A stretch of 64,000 bases of DNA from an uncultured Acidobacteriota bacterium (GTDB lineage: Bacteria > Acidobacteriota > Thermoanaerobaculia > UBA5066 > Gp7-AA6). Under the pieces are notes generated by a model that was not told the DNA's origin, made no database searches, and saw nothing but the letters and a program-made list of their open reading frames with translations. The position numbers and the translations under genes are program-made. Where the stretch lies: the NCBI GenBank assembly GCA_963764715.1, contig CAVXTP010000022.1, positions 64,001-128,000 on the forward strand, written 5' to 3'. This document shows positions 32,319 through 42,662 of the stretch, in pieces. Each line of letters opens with the position of its first letter. Position 1 is the first letter of the stretch.

Positions 32319-33613
32319 GCGGGAAGCTCCGGGCGCCCAAGGGCACGCACGACCTCTTGCCGCCCGAAAGCGAGAAGTTCGCCGCCGTCGAGTCGACGGC
32401 GCGCCGCGTCTTCGGCTCGTTCGGTTACGGGGAGATCCGCACGCCGATCTTCGAGTCGACCGAGCTCTTCGCGCGCTCGGTCGGCGAGACCACGGACATC
32501 GTCCACAAGGAGATGTACACGTTCCCGGACCGCAAGGGGCGCTCGCTGACGCTGCGGCCGGAGAACACGGCGGGCGTCGTGCGGGCGCTGGTCGAAAAGG
32601 GGCTCCAGGAGATGCCCCGCCCGATCCGCCTCTGGTACGCGGGGCCCCAGTTCCGCTACGAGCAGCCGCAGGCCGGGCGGTACCGGGAGTTTCGCCAGAT
32701 CGGCGTCGAGCTGCTGGGCGTGCCGTCGGCCGCCGGGGACGCCGAGGTCCTCGTCATGTTGTTTGCGTTCCTCGGCGCGCTCGGCTTCACCGACTTGACG
32801 GCGACGCTCAACTGCATCCCGAGCGGCGAGGCGCGCGGCGCCTTCTCGAAGGCCCTGCAGGCGCACGTGCGGCCGAAGGCGGCGGCGCTCGGGCCCGAGG
32901 ACCGGCGCCGCCTCGACGAGAACCCCCTGCGGCTCTTCGACTCCAAGGACCCCGAGGTCTCGCGGATCCTGGCCGACGCGCCCTCGACGCTCGACTTCCT
33001 GGACGAGGAGTCGCGCCGCCACCACGAGGAGCTCAAGACCCTTCTGGCCGAGGCCGGCGTGCGCTTCTCCGAGAGCGCGGCGATCGTCCGGGGCCTCGAC
33101 TACTACACGCGGACGGTCTTCGAGGTCGCCTCCGAGCGGCTGGGCGCGCAGAACGCGATCCTGGGGGGAGGGCGGTACGACGGCCTCGTCGGCGAGCTCG
33201 GCGGGCCCCCGACGCCGGCCGTCGGGTTCGCGATCGGCGAGGACCGGCTGGTCGCGGCCATGACCGCGGACGTGCGGCCGGCCCGCGCCGTCTTCTGGGT
33301 CGTCCCCGACTCGAAGGCCGAGTTCCGCTATGCCCTCGGCGTCGCCTCGGACCTGCGCGCGGCCCTGCCCGAGGCCGTCGTCGAGACGGACCTGACGGGC
33401 CGGGGCATCGTGAAGGGCCTCGCCCGGGGGGCGCACGTGCTGGCCGAGCCGTCCCGATATCTCTTCCCGGCGGGCGCTGTCAGCGCGGTGCTGCTGGGAT
33501 CACGCGAACGAGAGGACCACACCGTGACGATCAAGGACCTGTCGAGCGGCGAGCAGCAGACCTTTCCGCGGGCGGAGCTGCCCGAGCGCCTCGGCGCCGG
33601 GAGGGAGCGATGA
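32315..33613 (+). CDS. hisS: Histidine-tRNA ligase
   Basis: LRPENTA, FRYEQPQAGRYREFRQ, VRGLDYY, GGGRYDGL. Confidence 0.96.
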   Translation: MSGKLRAPKGTHDLLPPESEKFAAVESTARRVFGSFGYGEIRTPIFESTELFARSVGETTDIVHKEMYTFPDRKGRSLTLRPENTAGVVRALVEKGLQEMPRPIRLWYAGPQFRYEQPQAGRYREFRQIGVELLGVPSAAGDAEVLVMLFAFLGALGFTDLTATLNCIPSGEARGAFSKALQAHVRPKAAALGPEDRRRLDENPLRLFDSKDPEVSRILADAPSTLDFLDEESRRHHEELKTLLAEAGVRFSESAAIVRGLDYYTRTVFEVASERLGAQNAILGGGRYDGLVGELGGPPTPAVGFAIGEDRLVAAMTADVRPARAVFWVVPDSKAEFRYALGVASDLRAALPEAVVETDLTGRGIVKGLARGAHVLAEPSRYLFPAGAVSAVLLGSREREDHTVTIKDLSSGEQQTFPRAELPERLGAGRER

Positions 33614-35385
33614 GGACGCCGCGGCAGCCCGCCGGCGAGCTGCGCGCGGCCGACGCCGGCCGCACGGTCGTGCTCAAGGGCTGGGTCGCGCGCCGCCGCG
33701 ACCTCGGCGAGCTGATCTTCCTGTCGATCCGGGACCGCAGCGGCCTCGTCCAGGTCGTCTTCGACCGGGCGCGCTGTCCGGCCGAGGCCGTCGACACGGC
33801 GGCCGGAGCGCGGAGCGAGGACGTCGTCGCGATCGAGGGCGAGGTCGTTCGGCGCGGCGAGGGCCAGCGCAACCGGGAGCTCGCGACCGGGGAGATCGAG
33901 GTCGTCGCGAAGAGCCTCGCCTTCCTGGCGCGCTCCGAGACGCCTCCGTTCGTCGTGGAAGACCGCACCAACGCGACCGAGGAGCTCCGGCTCGAGTACC
34001 GGTACCTCGACCTGCGGCGGCCGACGATGCTGAAGAACTTCGTCCTGCGCGACGAGATCGCTTTCCGCGTCCGGAAGGTCCTGCACGACCGGGGCTTCAT
34101 CGAGGTCGAGACCCCGATGCTCACGCGCTCGACGCCCGAGGGCGCGCGCGACTTCCTCGTGCCGTCCCGCGTCCACCGGGGCCAGTGGTACGCGCTGCCC
34201 CAGTCGCCCCAGCTCTTCAAGCAGATCCTGATGATGTCGGGCTTCGAGAAGTACTTTCAGATCGCCCGCTGCTTCCGGGACGAGGACCTGCGGGCCGACC
34301 GCCAGTTCGAGTTCACGCAGATCGACCTCGAGATGTCGTTCCCGACGGAAGAGGACATCTTCGACACGGTCGAGGCCTTCCTCGTCGAGGCCTTCGCCGC
34401 GGCCGGGATCGCCGCCGCGCGGCCGTTCCGGCGCATGACGTTCCGCGAGGCCATGGAGACCTACGGGACCGACCGGCCGGACCTGCGCTTCGACCTGCCG
34501 CTCTGCGACCTGTCCGCGGCCGCGGCCGGCACCGGCTTCGCGCCCTTCGAGAAGGCCCTCGCGGGACGGGGCGGGACGGTGCGGGGCCTGCGGGTCCCGA
34601 ACGGCGCGGCGTTCTCGCGCAAGAAGCTGGACGAGCTGACCGAGAAGGCCCGCGAGCACGGCGCGGCGGGTCTGCTCTGGATCAAGAAATCCGGAGGCGA
34701 GGTCGCTTCGCCGGCGAAGAAGAGCCTCACGCCGGGACAGCTCGACGCGCTGCTCGGCGCCGCCGTCGCCGGGGAAGGCGACCTGCTCCTGATCGTCGCC
34801 GACCGGGAGAAAGCCGCTTACGCGGCGCTCGCGGCCCTCCGCGCGGAGGCCGCCCGCGAGCTCAAGCTCGTCGACGAGTCGAAGTACGTCTTCTGCTGGG
34901 TCACGGAATTTCCGCTGCTCGGCCAGGACGACGAGGGCGGGCCGTGGTACCCCATGAACCATCCGTTCACGGGCCCGCGCGAGGAGGACCTCGACCGGCT
35001 CGAGTCCGATCCGGGCAGCGTGCGCGCCCGCGCCTACGACGTCGTCGTCAACGGCTGGGAGCTCGGCTCGGGCTCGATCCGCATCCACCGCGCGGACCTG
35101 CAGGAACGCGTCTTTCGCGTGCTCGGCATCTCCGCCGAGGAGGGACGGGAGCGATTCGGCTTCCTCCTCGAGGCCCTCCGCTACGGCGCGCCCCCGCACG
35201 GCGGGATCGCGCTCGGCCTCGACCGCATCTGCGCGATCGCGGCCGGCGCGACGTCGCTGCGCGACGTGATCGCGTTCCCGAAGACGACCTCGGGTATCGA
35301 CCTGATGACGAAGGCGCCGGCCGGCGTGATGCCCGGCCAGCTCGCCGAGCTCGGCCTGGAGCCGCCCCGCCGGTCGGACGGGTGA
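33610..35385 (+). CDS. aspS: Aspartate-tRNA ligase
   Basis: YRYLDLRR, TPEGARDF, LPQSPQLFKQ, FRDEDLRADRQ, GAPPHGGIALG. Confidence 0.96.
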   Translation: MRTPRQPAGELRAADAGRTVVLKGWVARRRDLGELIFLSIRDRSGLVQVVFDRARCPAEAVDTAAGARSEDVVAIEGEVVRRGEGQRNRELATGEIEVVAKSLAFLARSETPPFVVEDRTNATEELRLEYRYLDLRRPTMLKNFVLRDEIAFRVRKVLHDRGFIEVETPMLTRSTPEGARDFLVPSRVHRGQWYALPQSPQLFKQILMMSGFEKYFQIARCFRDEDLRADRQFEFTQIDLEMSFPTEEDIFDTVEAFLVEAFAAAGIAAARPFRRMTFREAMETYGTDRPDLRFDLPLCDLSAAAAGTGFAPFEKALAGRGGTVRGLRVPNGAAFSRKKLDELTEKAREHGAAGLLWIKKSGGEVASPAKKSLTPGQLDALLGAAVAGEGDLLLIVADREKAAYAALAALRAEAARELKLVDESKYVFCWVTEFPLLGQDDEGGPWYPMNHPFTGPREEDLDRLESDPGSVRARAYDVVVNGWELGSGSIRIHRADLQERVFRVLGISAEEGRERFGFLLEALRYGAPPHGGIALGLDRICAIAAGATSLRDVIAFPKTTSGIDLMTKAPAGVMPGQLAELGLEPPRRSDG

Positions 35386-36464
35386 ACGCCGCGGCCCCTC
35401 CCGAGCGGATCGCGGTCGGCGCCGGCGAGACGACGATCTGGGTCGGCGAGGGGTTGCTCGCGGACGCGTCGAAGTATCTCGTTTCGCCCTCCGGGCGCTT
35501 CCTCCTGGTCTCCGCGGCGCCGGCGCGCGAGGCCGCCGGAGCGGTCCGGCGCGCGCTCGGCGGGACCGCGATCCTCGATCTCGTCGTCGGGGACGGCGAG
35601 GCCGACAAGTCGCTCGCGACCGTCGAGAGCATCGCGGATGCCGCGCTCGCGGCGGGGCTTCGCCGCGACGACGCTTTCGTCGCGGTGGGCGGGGGAGTGT
35701 GCACCGACGTCGTCGGGTTCGCCGCCGCAGTGCTCCTTCGGGGGGTGGCCTGGAACGCCGTGCCGACGACGACCGCCGGAATGGCGGATGCGGCGATCGG
35801 GGGCAAGACCGCCGTCAATCATGCCCGCGGGAAGAACCTGCTCGGGGCGTTCCATCCGCCGCGCACCGTCCTCTCCGATCCGGGGTGTCTCGGGACGCTG
35901 CCCGACCGCGACTATCGGGCGGGCCTCGTCGAGGCGTTCAAGGCGGCGTGGATCGCGGACGCGGGCCTGGCGGCGCGGGCGTCCGGGGCGCTGCCTTCGA
36001 TCCTCCGGCGCGAGCCCGCGGCGCTGCGCGACCTTCTGGCCGGCGCGGCGCGCGTCAAGGCCGCGGTCGTCGAAGCGGATCCTCGCGACGGCGGCCGGCG
36101 CCGGATCCTGAACTTCGGCCACACGCTCGGCCATGCCCTGGAAGCGGCGGGAGGCTGGGGCGCCCTCAAGCACGGCGAGGCCGTCGCCTGGGGGATCGCC
36201 GCCGCCGTCGAGATCTCGCGCCGCCGGGCCGGCCTCTCCGCTGCCGACGCCGCGTCCGTGCGCTCGACGCTCGCGCGGCTGGGGCCCTTTCCGGAGCCCG
36301 TCCGCGACCCCGTGCGGCTGGCGCCGCTGCTCGCCGTCGACAAGAAGGCGACGTCGGCCGGGACCGCGGGTGTTCTGCTCGAGTCGATCGGCCGCGCCAC
36401 CATCGACGAGGCGGTCGCGGCGGCCGAGTGGCTGGAGGCAGCGGCTATAATGACGCTATCGTGA
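35382..36464 (+). CDS. aroB: 3-dehydroquinate synthase
   Basis: GEADKS, GGGVCTD, PTT, GGKTAVN, KNLLGAF, LNFGHTLGHA, HGEAV. Confidence 0.9.
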   Translation: MNAAAPPERIAVGAGETTIWVGEGLLADASKYLVSPSGRFLLVSAAPAREAAGAVRRALGGTAILDLVVGDGEADKSLATVESIADAALAAGLRRDDAFVAVGGGVCTDVVGFAAAVLLRGVAWNAVPTTTAGMADAAIGGKTAVNHARGKNLLGAFHPPRTVLSDPGCLGTLPDRDYRAGLVEAFKAAWIADAGLAARASGALPSILRREPAALRDLLAGAARVKAAVVEADPRDGGRRRILNFGHTLGHALEAAGGWGALKHGEAVAWGIAAAVEISRRRAGLSAADAASVRSTLARLGPFPEPVRDPVRLAPLLAVDKKATSAGTAGVLLESIGRATIDEAVAAAEWLEAAAIMTLS

Positions 36465-38182
36465 GCGGGCGTTCCGGTCGACGTCGGATTCGCCTCTTCG
36501 TCCTCTTGTCCGGTGCGCTGATCCTGGCTTCCCTGGTGCCCCTCGTCGTGGCGGAAGCGGTCCTCATCCGCCGGAATCGCCGCACCCTCGAGACGCTCGA
36601 AGAGAAGTACCTGACGCGCTCCTCGGCGGCCATCGCCGACCACATCTCCTCGTATTACGCCTCGGCCGGCCAGCAGCTGACCAAGGCCGTCGACGCGATC
36701 CGGCTGGCCCTCCAGCTGACGGGCAAGGACCCGTTCGGCTCCTCCGACGGCGCGGAGATCCTGGGCGGGGTCCTCCAGGGCCAGAGCGCGCTGGTGGCGC
36801 TGCGCGCGATCAACCTCGAGGGCCGGGGAACGTTCGTCGGGCCGGACCTCCATTCGCCGGAGATGGACTTCGAGTTCCGCCGGGGCTTCGAGACCGCCCG
36901 GGACGGCGTGCGCTACGCGGGCCAGCCGCTCGGCGTCGCGGAGCTCGGGGCGGTAGCCGTGCTGGCCGCGCCCGTGACCAACGAGAAGGGCGCGCGGATC
37001 GGGGTCGTCGAGGCCCTGGTCTCCTGGCAGCCCATCGTCCGGGAGTTCCAGGACGAGGCGCGGCGCGAGGTGCGCGCCACGCTCGTCGACCGCCGCGGAC
37101 GGATCCTCTTTCCGCCGGCGACCGGCGGGCGGGCGGCCACGCATCCTTCGACGCTCGTCGCGGACTTCATCCGGTTCCCGGCGCGCCTGACGCGCTCGGA
37201 GTCGACCCCGGCCGGCAGCGTCCTCGCCTCGATCGCGCCGGTCGGCGACCCGCCCTGGGGCGTCCTCGTCGAGCGCGACCGGGCGCTGGCGTTTGCCTCG
37301 GTCGACCGGATGGTGCGCGACACCATCGTCTGGAGCGCGGTCTGTCTGGCGGGCGCCCTGCTCCTCGGACTCATCTTCGCGCGGCGCCTCTCGCGGCCGA
37401 TCGCCCAGCTCGCCGAGTCGACGCGGGCCATGACCCAGGGCGAGTACGGCACGAGCGTGGAGGTCGCCGGGACCGCCGAGATCGCCGACCTCTCCGAGAA
37501 CTTCAACCGGATGAGCCTCTCGATCGCCGACGCCTTCGAGAAGGTCCAGAAGGCGGCGCGCGAGAACCAGGAGCTCTTCCTGTCCTCGATCCGGGCGCTC
37601 GCCGCGGCGATCGACGCCAAGGACCCGTACACCCGCGGCCACTCCGAGCGGGTCGCGCGCTACTCCTCGGCGATCGCCAAGGAGATGGGCCTGCCCGCCG
37701 ACGAAGTCCGCCGGGCCCGCCTCTCGGCCCTTCTCCACGACGTCGGGAAGATCGGGGTCGACGACCGCATCATCCGCAAACCCACGGCGCTGACCGACGA
37801 GGAGTTCGAGATGATGAAGGCGCACCCGGTCAAGGGCGCCGCGATCATGGAGACAATCCCGCAGCTGGCCGATATCATCCCGGGAATGAAGTACCACCAC
37901 GAGAAGTGGGAGGGCGGCGGCTATCCCGACGGGCTCAAGGGGGAGCAGATCCCGCTGCAGGCCCGCATCGTCGCCGTCGCCGACGCCTTCGACGCCATGA
38001 CCACGACGCGCCCGTACCAGAAGGCGATGGAGGTTTCCTACGTGCTCGAACGCCTGCGCTCGATGTCCGGAACGCGGTTCGACGGCCACGTCGTCGAGGC
38101 GCTCGCCCGCTCGCACGCCCGGGGCGGCCTGATCCCGACGGAGGCCGCGCCCGCGCCGGCCCGGGCGGGGGCCGCCCGATGA
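36461..38182 (+). CDS. Membrane HD-GYP phosphodiesterase with periplasmic sensor and HAMP domain
   Basis: Two TM helices, HAMP (EIADLSENFNRM), DAKDPYTRGHSERV, LHDVGKIG, HHEKWEGGGYP. Confidence 0.9.
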   Translation: MSGRSGRRRIRLFVLLSGALILASLVPLVVAEAVLIRRNRRTLETLEEKYLTRSSAAIADHISSYYASAGQQLTKAVDAIRLALQLTGKDPFGSSDGAEILGGVLQGQSALVALRAINLEGRGTFVGPDLHSPEMDFEFRRGFETARDGVRYAGQPLGVAELGAVAVLAAPVTNEKGARIGVVEALVSWQPIVREFQDEARREVRATLVDRRGRILFPPATGGRAATHPSTLVADFIRFPARLTRSESTPAGSVLASIAPVGDPPWGVLVERDRALAFASVDRMVRDTIVWSAVCLAGALLLGLIFARRLSRPIAQLAESTRAMTQGEYGTSVEVAGTAEIADLSENFNRMSLSIADAFEKVQKAARENQELFLSSIRALAAAIDAKDPYTRGHSERVARYSSAIAKEMGLPADEVRRARLSALLHDVGKIGVDDRIIRKPTALTDEEFEMMKAHPVKGAAIMETIPQLADIIPGMKYHHEKWEGGGYPDGLKGEQIPLQARIVAVADAFDAMTTTRPYQKAMEVSYVLERLRSMSGTRFDGHVVEALARSHARGGLIPTEAAPAPARAGAAR

Positions 38183-38952
38183 GCGCCGCCTCGCGCCGGA
38201 CGTCCGCCATCCTGATCGCGGCGCTCGCGGTCGCCGGCGCCTCCGCCTGCCAGTCGAAGAAGGCGAAGACCTCGGCGGAGGTCCTGCTGACCGAGCGCAT
38301 GGGGCAGGTCCTCCTGCGGGAAGGCCGGCCGGCCGAGGCCGAGAAGGCCTTCCGCGAGATCCTGAAGGACGATCCGAAGAACCCGGAGGTCCAGGACGGC
38401 CTGGGCAACTCGCTCGTGATGCAGAGCCGTTTCCAGGAGGCGCTGCCGTACCTCGACAAGGCCGTCGACCTCGCTCCGAACAACGCGTCCTACCGCAACA
38501 ACCGCGGCGTCGCCTACATGGAGCTCGGCAAGTACAAGGAGGCCGCGGCGGATTTCGACGCGGCCGAGCGGTCGGTCAACCCCGACGACCGCGTCGCGGC
38601 GACGGTCAACCGCGGGCGGCTGTTTCAGAGGCAGGGCCAGTTCGCGGAGGCCGAGACGGCCTTCTCGACGGCGCTCGCCCGCGATCCCCAGTCGTTCGGG
38701 GCGATGTTCGGACGCGCGGCGGCCCGGGAGTCCTCGGGCGACCTCGAGGGCGCCGCCGAGGACTACCTCTCGGCCGTCAAGCTGAACCCCCAGAGCGCCG
38801 AGGCGAACCTGCGGCTCGGCCTCTGCCTCGTCTCGCTGCACAAGCCCGACCTCGGAAGGCGATACCTGCAGCGCGCGGTCGATCTCGACCCGACGGGAGA
38901 CACCGGCGCGAAGGCGCGGCTCCTTCTCGACAGCTCGAAAAACGCGACCTAG
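38179..38952 (+). CDS. TPR-repeat lipoprotein (PilF/PilW-like)
   Basis: Lipobox-like ASAC and multiple TPRs (YRNNRGVAY). Confidence 0.75.
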   Translation: MSAASRRTSAILIAALAVAGASACQSKKAKTSAEVLLTERMGQVLLREGRPAEAEKAFREILKDDPKNPEVQDGLGNSLVMQSRFQEALPYLDKAVDLAPNNASYRNNRGVAYMELGKYKEAAADFDAAERSVNPDDRVAATVNRGRLFQRQGQFAEAETAFSTALARDPQSFGAMFGRAAARESSGDLEGAAEDYLSAVKLNPQSAEANLRLGLCLVSLHKPDLGRRYLQRAVDLDPTGDTGAKARLLLDSSKNAT

Positions 38953-38997
38953 CCGCCCCCGGGCGGCCCGGTCCGCCTGATATCTTCCCCCTCCCGC

Positions 38998-39963
38998 ATG
39001 AGCGACGAGACGCCGCCCGCCGACAAGCCCGCGCGCTCCGGGTTCTTCGCCAAGGTGCGCCGCGGTCTCTTCATGACGCACACCGAGATCCTCGAGAAGG
39101 TCGGGACCGCCGTCAAGAAGAGCCTCGGCATCGACGAGTCGGTGCTCGAGTCCCTCGAGGAGGCGCTGCTGTCGGCCGACGTCGGCGCCGAGACGGCGGC
39201 GGCCCTGACCGAGGCCGTCCGGGAGCGTGCCTCGGGATCGCAGCGCAAGGACCTCGCGTTCGTCCGGACGCTGCTCTCCGAAGAGATGGAGAGGCTGCTC
39301 GCCTCGGCCCCGCGCCCCGCGGGCCGGGCGGACGTCCCGCTCTTCGTGAGCTTTCTCGTGGGCGTCAACGGGTCGGGGAAGACGACGACGACCGCGAAGC
39401 TCGCGGCCCGCGAGAAAGCCGCCGGCCGCAGCGTCCTGCTGGCCGCGGCCGACACGTTCCGGGCCGGCGCGATCGAGCAGCTCCAGACCTGGGCCGACCG
39501 CCTCGAGCTGCCGATCGTCCGGCACCGCGAGGGCGCCGACCCCTCGGCGGTCCTCTTCGACGCGCTGTCCGCGGCGAAGGCGCGGGGGGTCCGGACGCTC
39601 CTCGTCGACACGGCCGGCCGCCTCCACACCAAGAAGAACCTGATGGACGAGCTCGCGAAGATGCGCCGCATCGCCGCCCGCGAGGTCGAGGGGGCGCCCC
39701 ACGAGACGCTCCTCGTCCTCGACGCGACGACCGGCACCAACGGGCTCGTCCAGGCCCGGCGCTTCGTCGAGGCCGCCGGGGCGACCGGCGTCGTCCTGAC
39801 GAAGCTCGACGGCAGCGCCCGCGGAGGGATCGTGCTCGCGATCTACCGCGAGCTGAAGCTCCCGGTCGTCTTCGTGGGCGTCGGCGAGACGGTCGACGAC
39901 CTCGTCCCCTTCGACCCGGCCGACTACGCGAAGGCCCTCCTCGAGGACGATGCCGCCCATTGA
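38998..39963 (+). CDS. ftsY: Signal recognition particle receptor
   Basis: GVNGSGKTTT, DTFRAGA, DTAGR, TKLDG, GVGE. Confidence 0.95.
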   Translation: MSDETPPADKPARSGFFAKVRRGLFMTHTEILEKVGTAVKKSLGIDESVLESLEEALLSADVGAETAAALTEAVRERASGSQRKDLAFVRTLLSEEMERLLASAPRPAGRADVPLFVSFLVGVNGSGKTTTTAKLAAREKAAGRSVLLAAADTFRAGAIEQLQTWADRLELPIVRHREGADPSAVLFDALSAAKARGVRTLLVDTAGRLHTKKNLMDELAKMRRIAAREVEGAPHETLLVLDATTGTNGLVQARRFVEAAGATGVVLTKLDGSARGGIVLAIYRELKLPVVFVGVGETVDDLVPFDPADYAKALLEDDAAH

Positions 39964-41050
39964 CCTCGCCTGGCTCGGCCGGGCCTTCGCGCTCGCCGAG
40001 CGGGGCCGGTACTCGACCTCGCCCAACCCGATGGTCGGGGCGGTCGTCGTGGCCCGGGGCCGCGTCGTCGGCGAGGGCTTCCACCGGCGCGCCGGGGGCC
40101 CGCACGCCGAGGTCCTCGCGCTGCGGCAGGCCGGCCGCTCCGCGCGCGGCGCGGACCTCTACCTGACGCTCGAGCCGTGCGTCCACGCCGGTCGCACGCC
40201 CGCGTGCGCTCCGGTCGTCGTCGCGTCGGGCGTCCGGCGCGTCATCGTGGCCGCCACGGATCCGAATCCGAAGGTCGCGGGCCGCGGCGCGGCCGCCCTG
40301 CGCCGGGCGGGAATCGAGGTCGTCCGGGCGCCGGGGCCCTGGAGGAGCTGGGCGGCCGAGCAGAACGAGCGATTCCGGGCCTGGGTCTCGACCGGCCGGC
40401 CGTTCGTTCTCGCCAAGTGGGCGGAGACCCTCGACGGCAGGACGGCCGAGGCCTCGGGGAAGAGCCGCTGGATCACGGGAGAAGCGGCCCGGCGGCAGGC
40501 GATGCTCTGGCGCGAGGAGTACGACGCGGTCCTCGTCGGGGCCGGCACCGTGATCGCGGACGATCCGCGGCTGACGCGGCGCCTGCGCCGCAACCGGTCG
40601 ACCGAGCAGTGGAGGATCGTGCTCGACGGCCGGCTCCGGGTTCCCGAGGCCGCCCGGGTCTTCCGGTCGCCCGGCCGGCGCGTCGTCGTGACGGCGGCCC
40701 GCCTCTCGCATCCGAAAGTCGCGCGGCTGCGGTCGCGCGGCGTCGAGGTCTGGCGCCTGCCGGGCGCCGCTCCGGGGCGGGTCGACCTGCGCGCGCTTCT
40801 TTCCGAGCTCGGCGCGCGGGCGGTGACGGGGCTGATGGTCGAGGGCGGGGCCGAGACCCTGTGGGGCTTCTTCGACGAGGGACTCGTCGACCGGGCGGCG
40901 GTCTTCGTCGCGCCGCGGATCCTGGGCGGCCGCGGCGCCCCGGGCGGAGTCGGCGGGGGCGGGTTTGCGCTCGGCCGGACGCCCCGTCTCGCCGACGTTC
41001 GCGTCGAAGCGCACGGGGGCGACATCCTCGTCACGGGCCGCCTCGCGTAG
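39950..41050 (+). CDS. ribD: Bifunctional riboflavin deaminase/reductase
   Basis: PNPMVG, HAE, LEPC...PAC, TLDG, VEGG. Confidence 0.95.
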   Translation: MPPIDLAWLGRAFALAERGRYSTSPNPMVGAVVVARGRVVGEGFHRRAGGPHAEVLALRQAGRSARGADLYLTLEPCVHAGRTPACAPVVVASGVRRVIVAATDPNPKVAGRGAAALRRAGIEVVRAPGPWRSWAAEQNERFRAWVSTGRPFVLAKWAETLDGRTAEASGKSRWITGEAARRQAMLWREEYDAVLVGAGTVIADDPRLTRRLRRNRSTEQWRIVLDGRLRVPEAARVFRSPGRRVVVTAARLSHPKVARLRSRGVEVWRLPGAAPGRVDLRALLSELGARAVTGLMVEGGAETLWGFFDEGLVDRAAVFVAPRILGGRGAPGGVGGGGFALGRTPRLADVRVEAHGGDILVTGRLA

Positions 41051-41060
41051 ACTCCGTCGG

Positions 41061-41673
41061 ATGTTCACCGGGATCGTGACGGCCCTCGGGACCGTCCGCT
41101 CCGTCGAGCGGCGCCGGGGCGGCGCGCGGATCGAGATCGCGCCACCTCCCGGCGAGGCGCGCTACCGCGCGGGCGAGAGCGTGTGCGTGTCCGGGGTGTG
41201 CCTGACGGCCGTCGTGCCGGGACGCCGGCTCGTCGCGGACCTCTCGGAGGAGACGCTCCGGCGTTCGACGCTGCGGAGCGCCGAACCCGGCGTACGCCGT
41301 CAATCTGGAGCGGGCCCTGCGCTGGGGCGACCGGCTCTCGGGACACTTCGTGATGGGCCACGTGGACGGGATCTCGCGCGTTCTCTCGATCCGACGGGCC
41401 GGCAATTCGTGGACCTTCCGCTTCTCGATCCCGGCGGGCCTCGGGAGCCTCGTGGCGATGAAGGGGTCGGTGGCGCTCGACGGCGTGAGCCTGACGGTGG
41501 CGGCGCGGCGGGGCAACGCCTTCAGCGTCGCCATCATCCCCGAGACGTTCCGCCGAACGACGCTCGGTCGGGTCCGCGCCGGCGACCGCGTCAACTTCGA
41601 GGCCGACGTCTTCGCGCGGTACGGTCGCCGGGGCTCTCTCGCGAGAATCCGACCCCGGCGCTCCGCGCGATGA
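41061..41673 (+). CDS. ribE: Riboflavin synthase (alpha chain), split by an apparent 1-nt insertion at about 41293
   Basis: MFTGIV, GVCLT. The next frame gives VNLERA, GHFVMGHVDG, KGSVALDGVSLT, VNFEAD. Confidence 0.88.
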
Positions 41674-42662
41674 ACTCCTACGAGGCGGCCGCCGCGCCGG
41701 CCGTTCGGCCCGGCGAGGCCCTCCTCGCCGGGCGGCGGCTGGCGGCCCGGCTGCTGCCCTACGGAAACGACGCCGGCGGGGGACCGCGGTTCGATCCCGT
41801 CGAGCGCCGGTTCGTTCTCGGATCCGCCGACCCGACCGTGCACGCGGGGCCGCACCGGGAGGCTGCATGGGTCGAGGCCCTCGGACGGGTGCCGGCGGGT
41901 CCCGTCCTCGTCGGGCCGCCCTCGCCGGGGGAAGCGGTCTGGGGCGCCTATCGCGCGGCCGCGGGCGCGGCGGTCTCGGCCGGGCGGCCGGTCTACCTCC
42001 TCGACGGCGACCCCGCCGGGTTGTCCGAGGGCGTCGGCGGCGAGGCCGTCCTGCTGTGCTCCTGGAAGCCCGGCCGCCACGCCACCGCCTTTCCGGGCCT
42101 TTCGGCGGCCCGGGCGGCGGGCCTCCGGTCGGCCGCCCTCTTTCCCCTCCTGCCGGGCTGGACGGCCGAGGACGACGCGCTCGCGGCCCTCGCCGAGGCG
42201 GCGGCGAAGGGTGGAGCGTCGGCGCTCTGCGCGGTCCCGCCCTTCGACGACGGCGAAAACCGCCGCGCCATCGTCGAAGCCCGGGCGGGGGTCGAGCCGG
42301 AGGCGGCCGACCGGTTCTTCGAAGTGATCCACCACGGGGACTGGCCCGACCGCCTGGCCTCCCGGATCGCGGCGGCCCGGTCGGCCGCCCGCCGGGAGGG
42401 CCTCGCCGTCCTTCCTCCGAGGCCCTCCGGCCGCGGCGCGCCGGCCGGCAACACGGCGGCCGCGGGAAGGCTCGAGGAGCAGGCCGAGCTCGAAGATCCG
42501 GGCGAGCACCGCGCCGCGCTCCTCTACGCGGCCGTGCGGTGGATCGACGAGTCCGCCCGGGACCTCGCCGCCGTGGCGCGCGAGGGGAACTTCCCGCGCA
42601 TCTTCCCGTTCGGCGGCGAGATCGGGGAAGCGGCCTCCGCGGCGCTCCTCGCGGCGCGATGA
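41670..42662 (+). CDS. Degenerate SPL/Rv2578c-like radical-SAM-fold protein with C-terminal PolX-type helix-hairpin-helix domain
   Basis: ATG overlaps the ribE stop and the stop overlaps the hemW start. FPLLPGWT..D.L..L..AA..GGA block; C-terminal RAALLYAAVRWIDES.RDL...AREG.F..I..FG. No CxxxCxxC. Confidence 0.55.
   Translation: MNSYEAAAAPAVRPGEALLAGRRLAARLLPYGNDAGGGPRFDPVERRFVLGSADPTVHAGPHREAAWVEALGRVPAGPVLVGPPSPGEAVWGAYRAAAGAAVSAGRPVYLLDGDPAGLSEGVGGEAVLLCSWKPGRHATAFPGLSAARAAGLRSAALFPLLPGWTAEDDALAALAEAAAKGGASALCAVPPFDDGENRRAIVEARAGVEPEAADRFFEVIHHGDWPDRLASRIAAARSAARREGLAVLPPRPSGRGAPAGNTAAAGRLEEQAELEDPGEHRAALLYAAVRWIDESARDLAAVAREGNFPRIFPFGGEIGEAASAALLAAR

Noticed and set aside
39950-41673. FMN riboswitch at the rib genes
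   Set aside because: ribD overlaps ftsY and ribE follows within 10 nt; there is no room and no RFN motif is visible.
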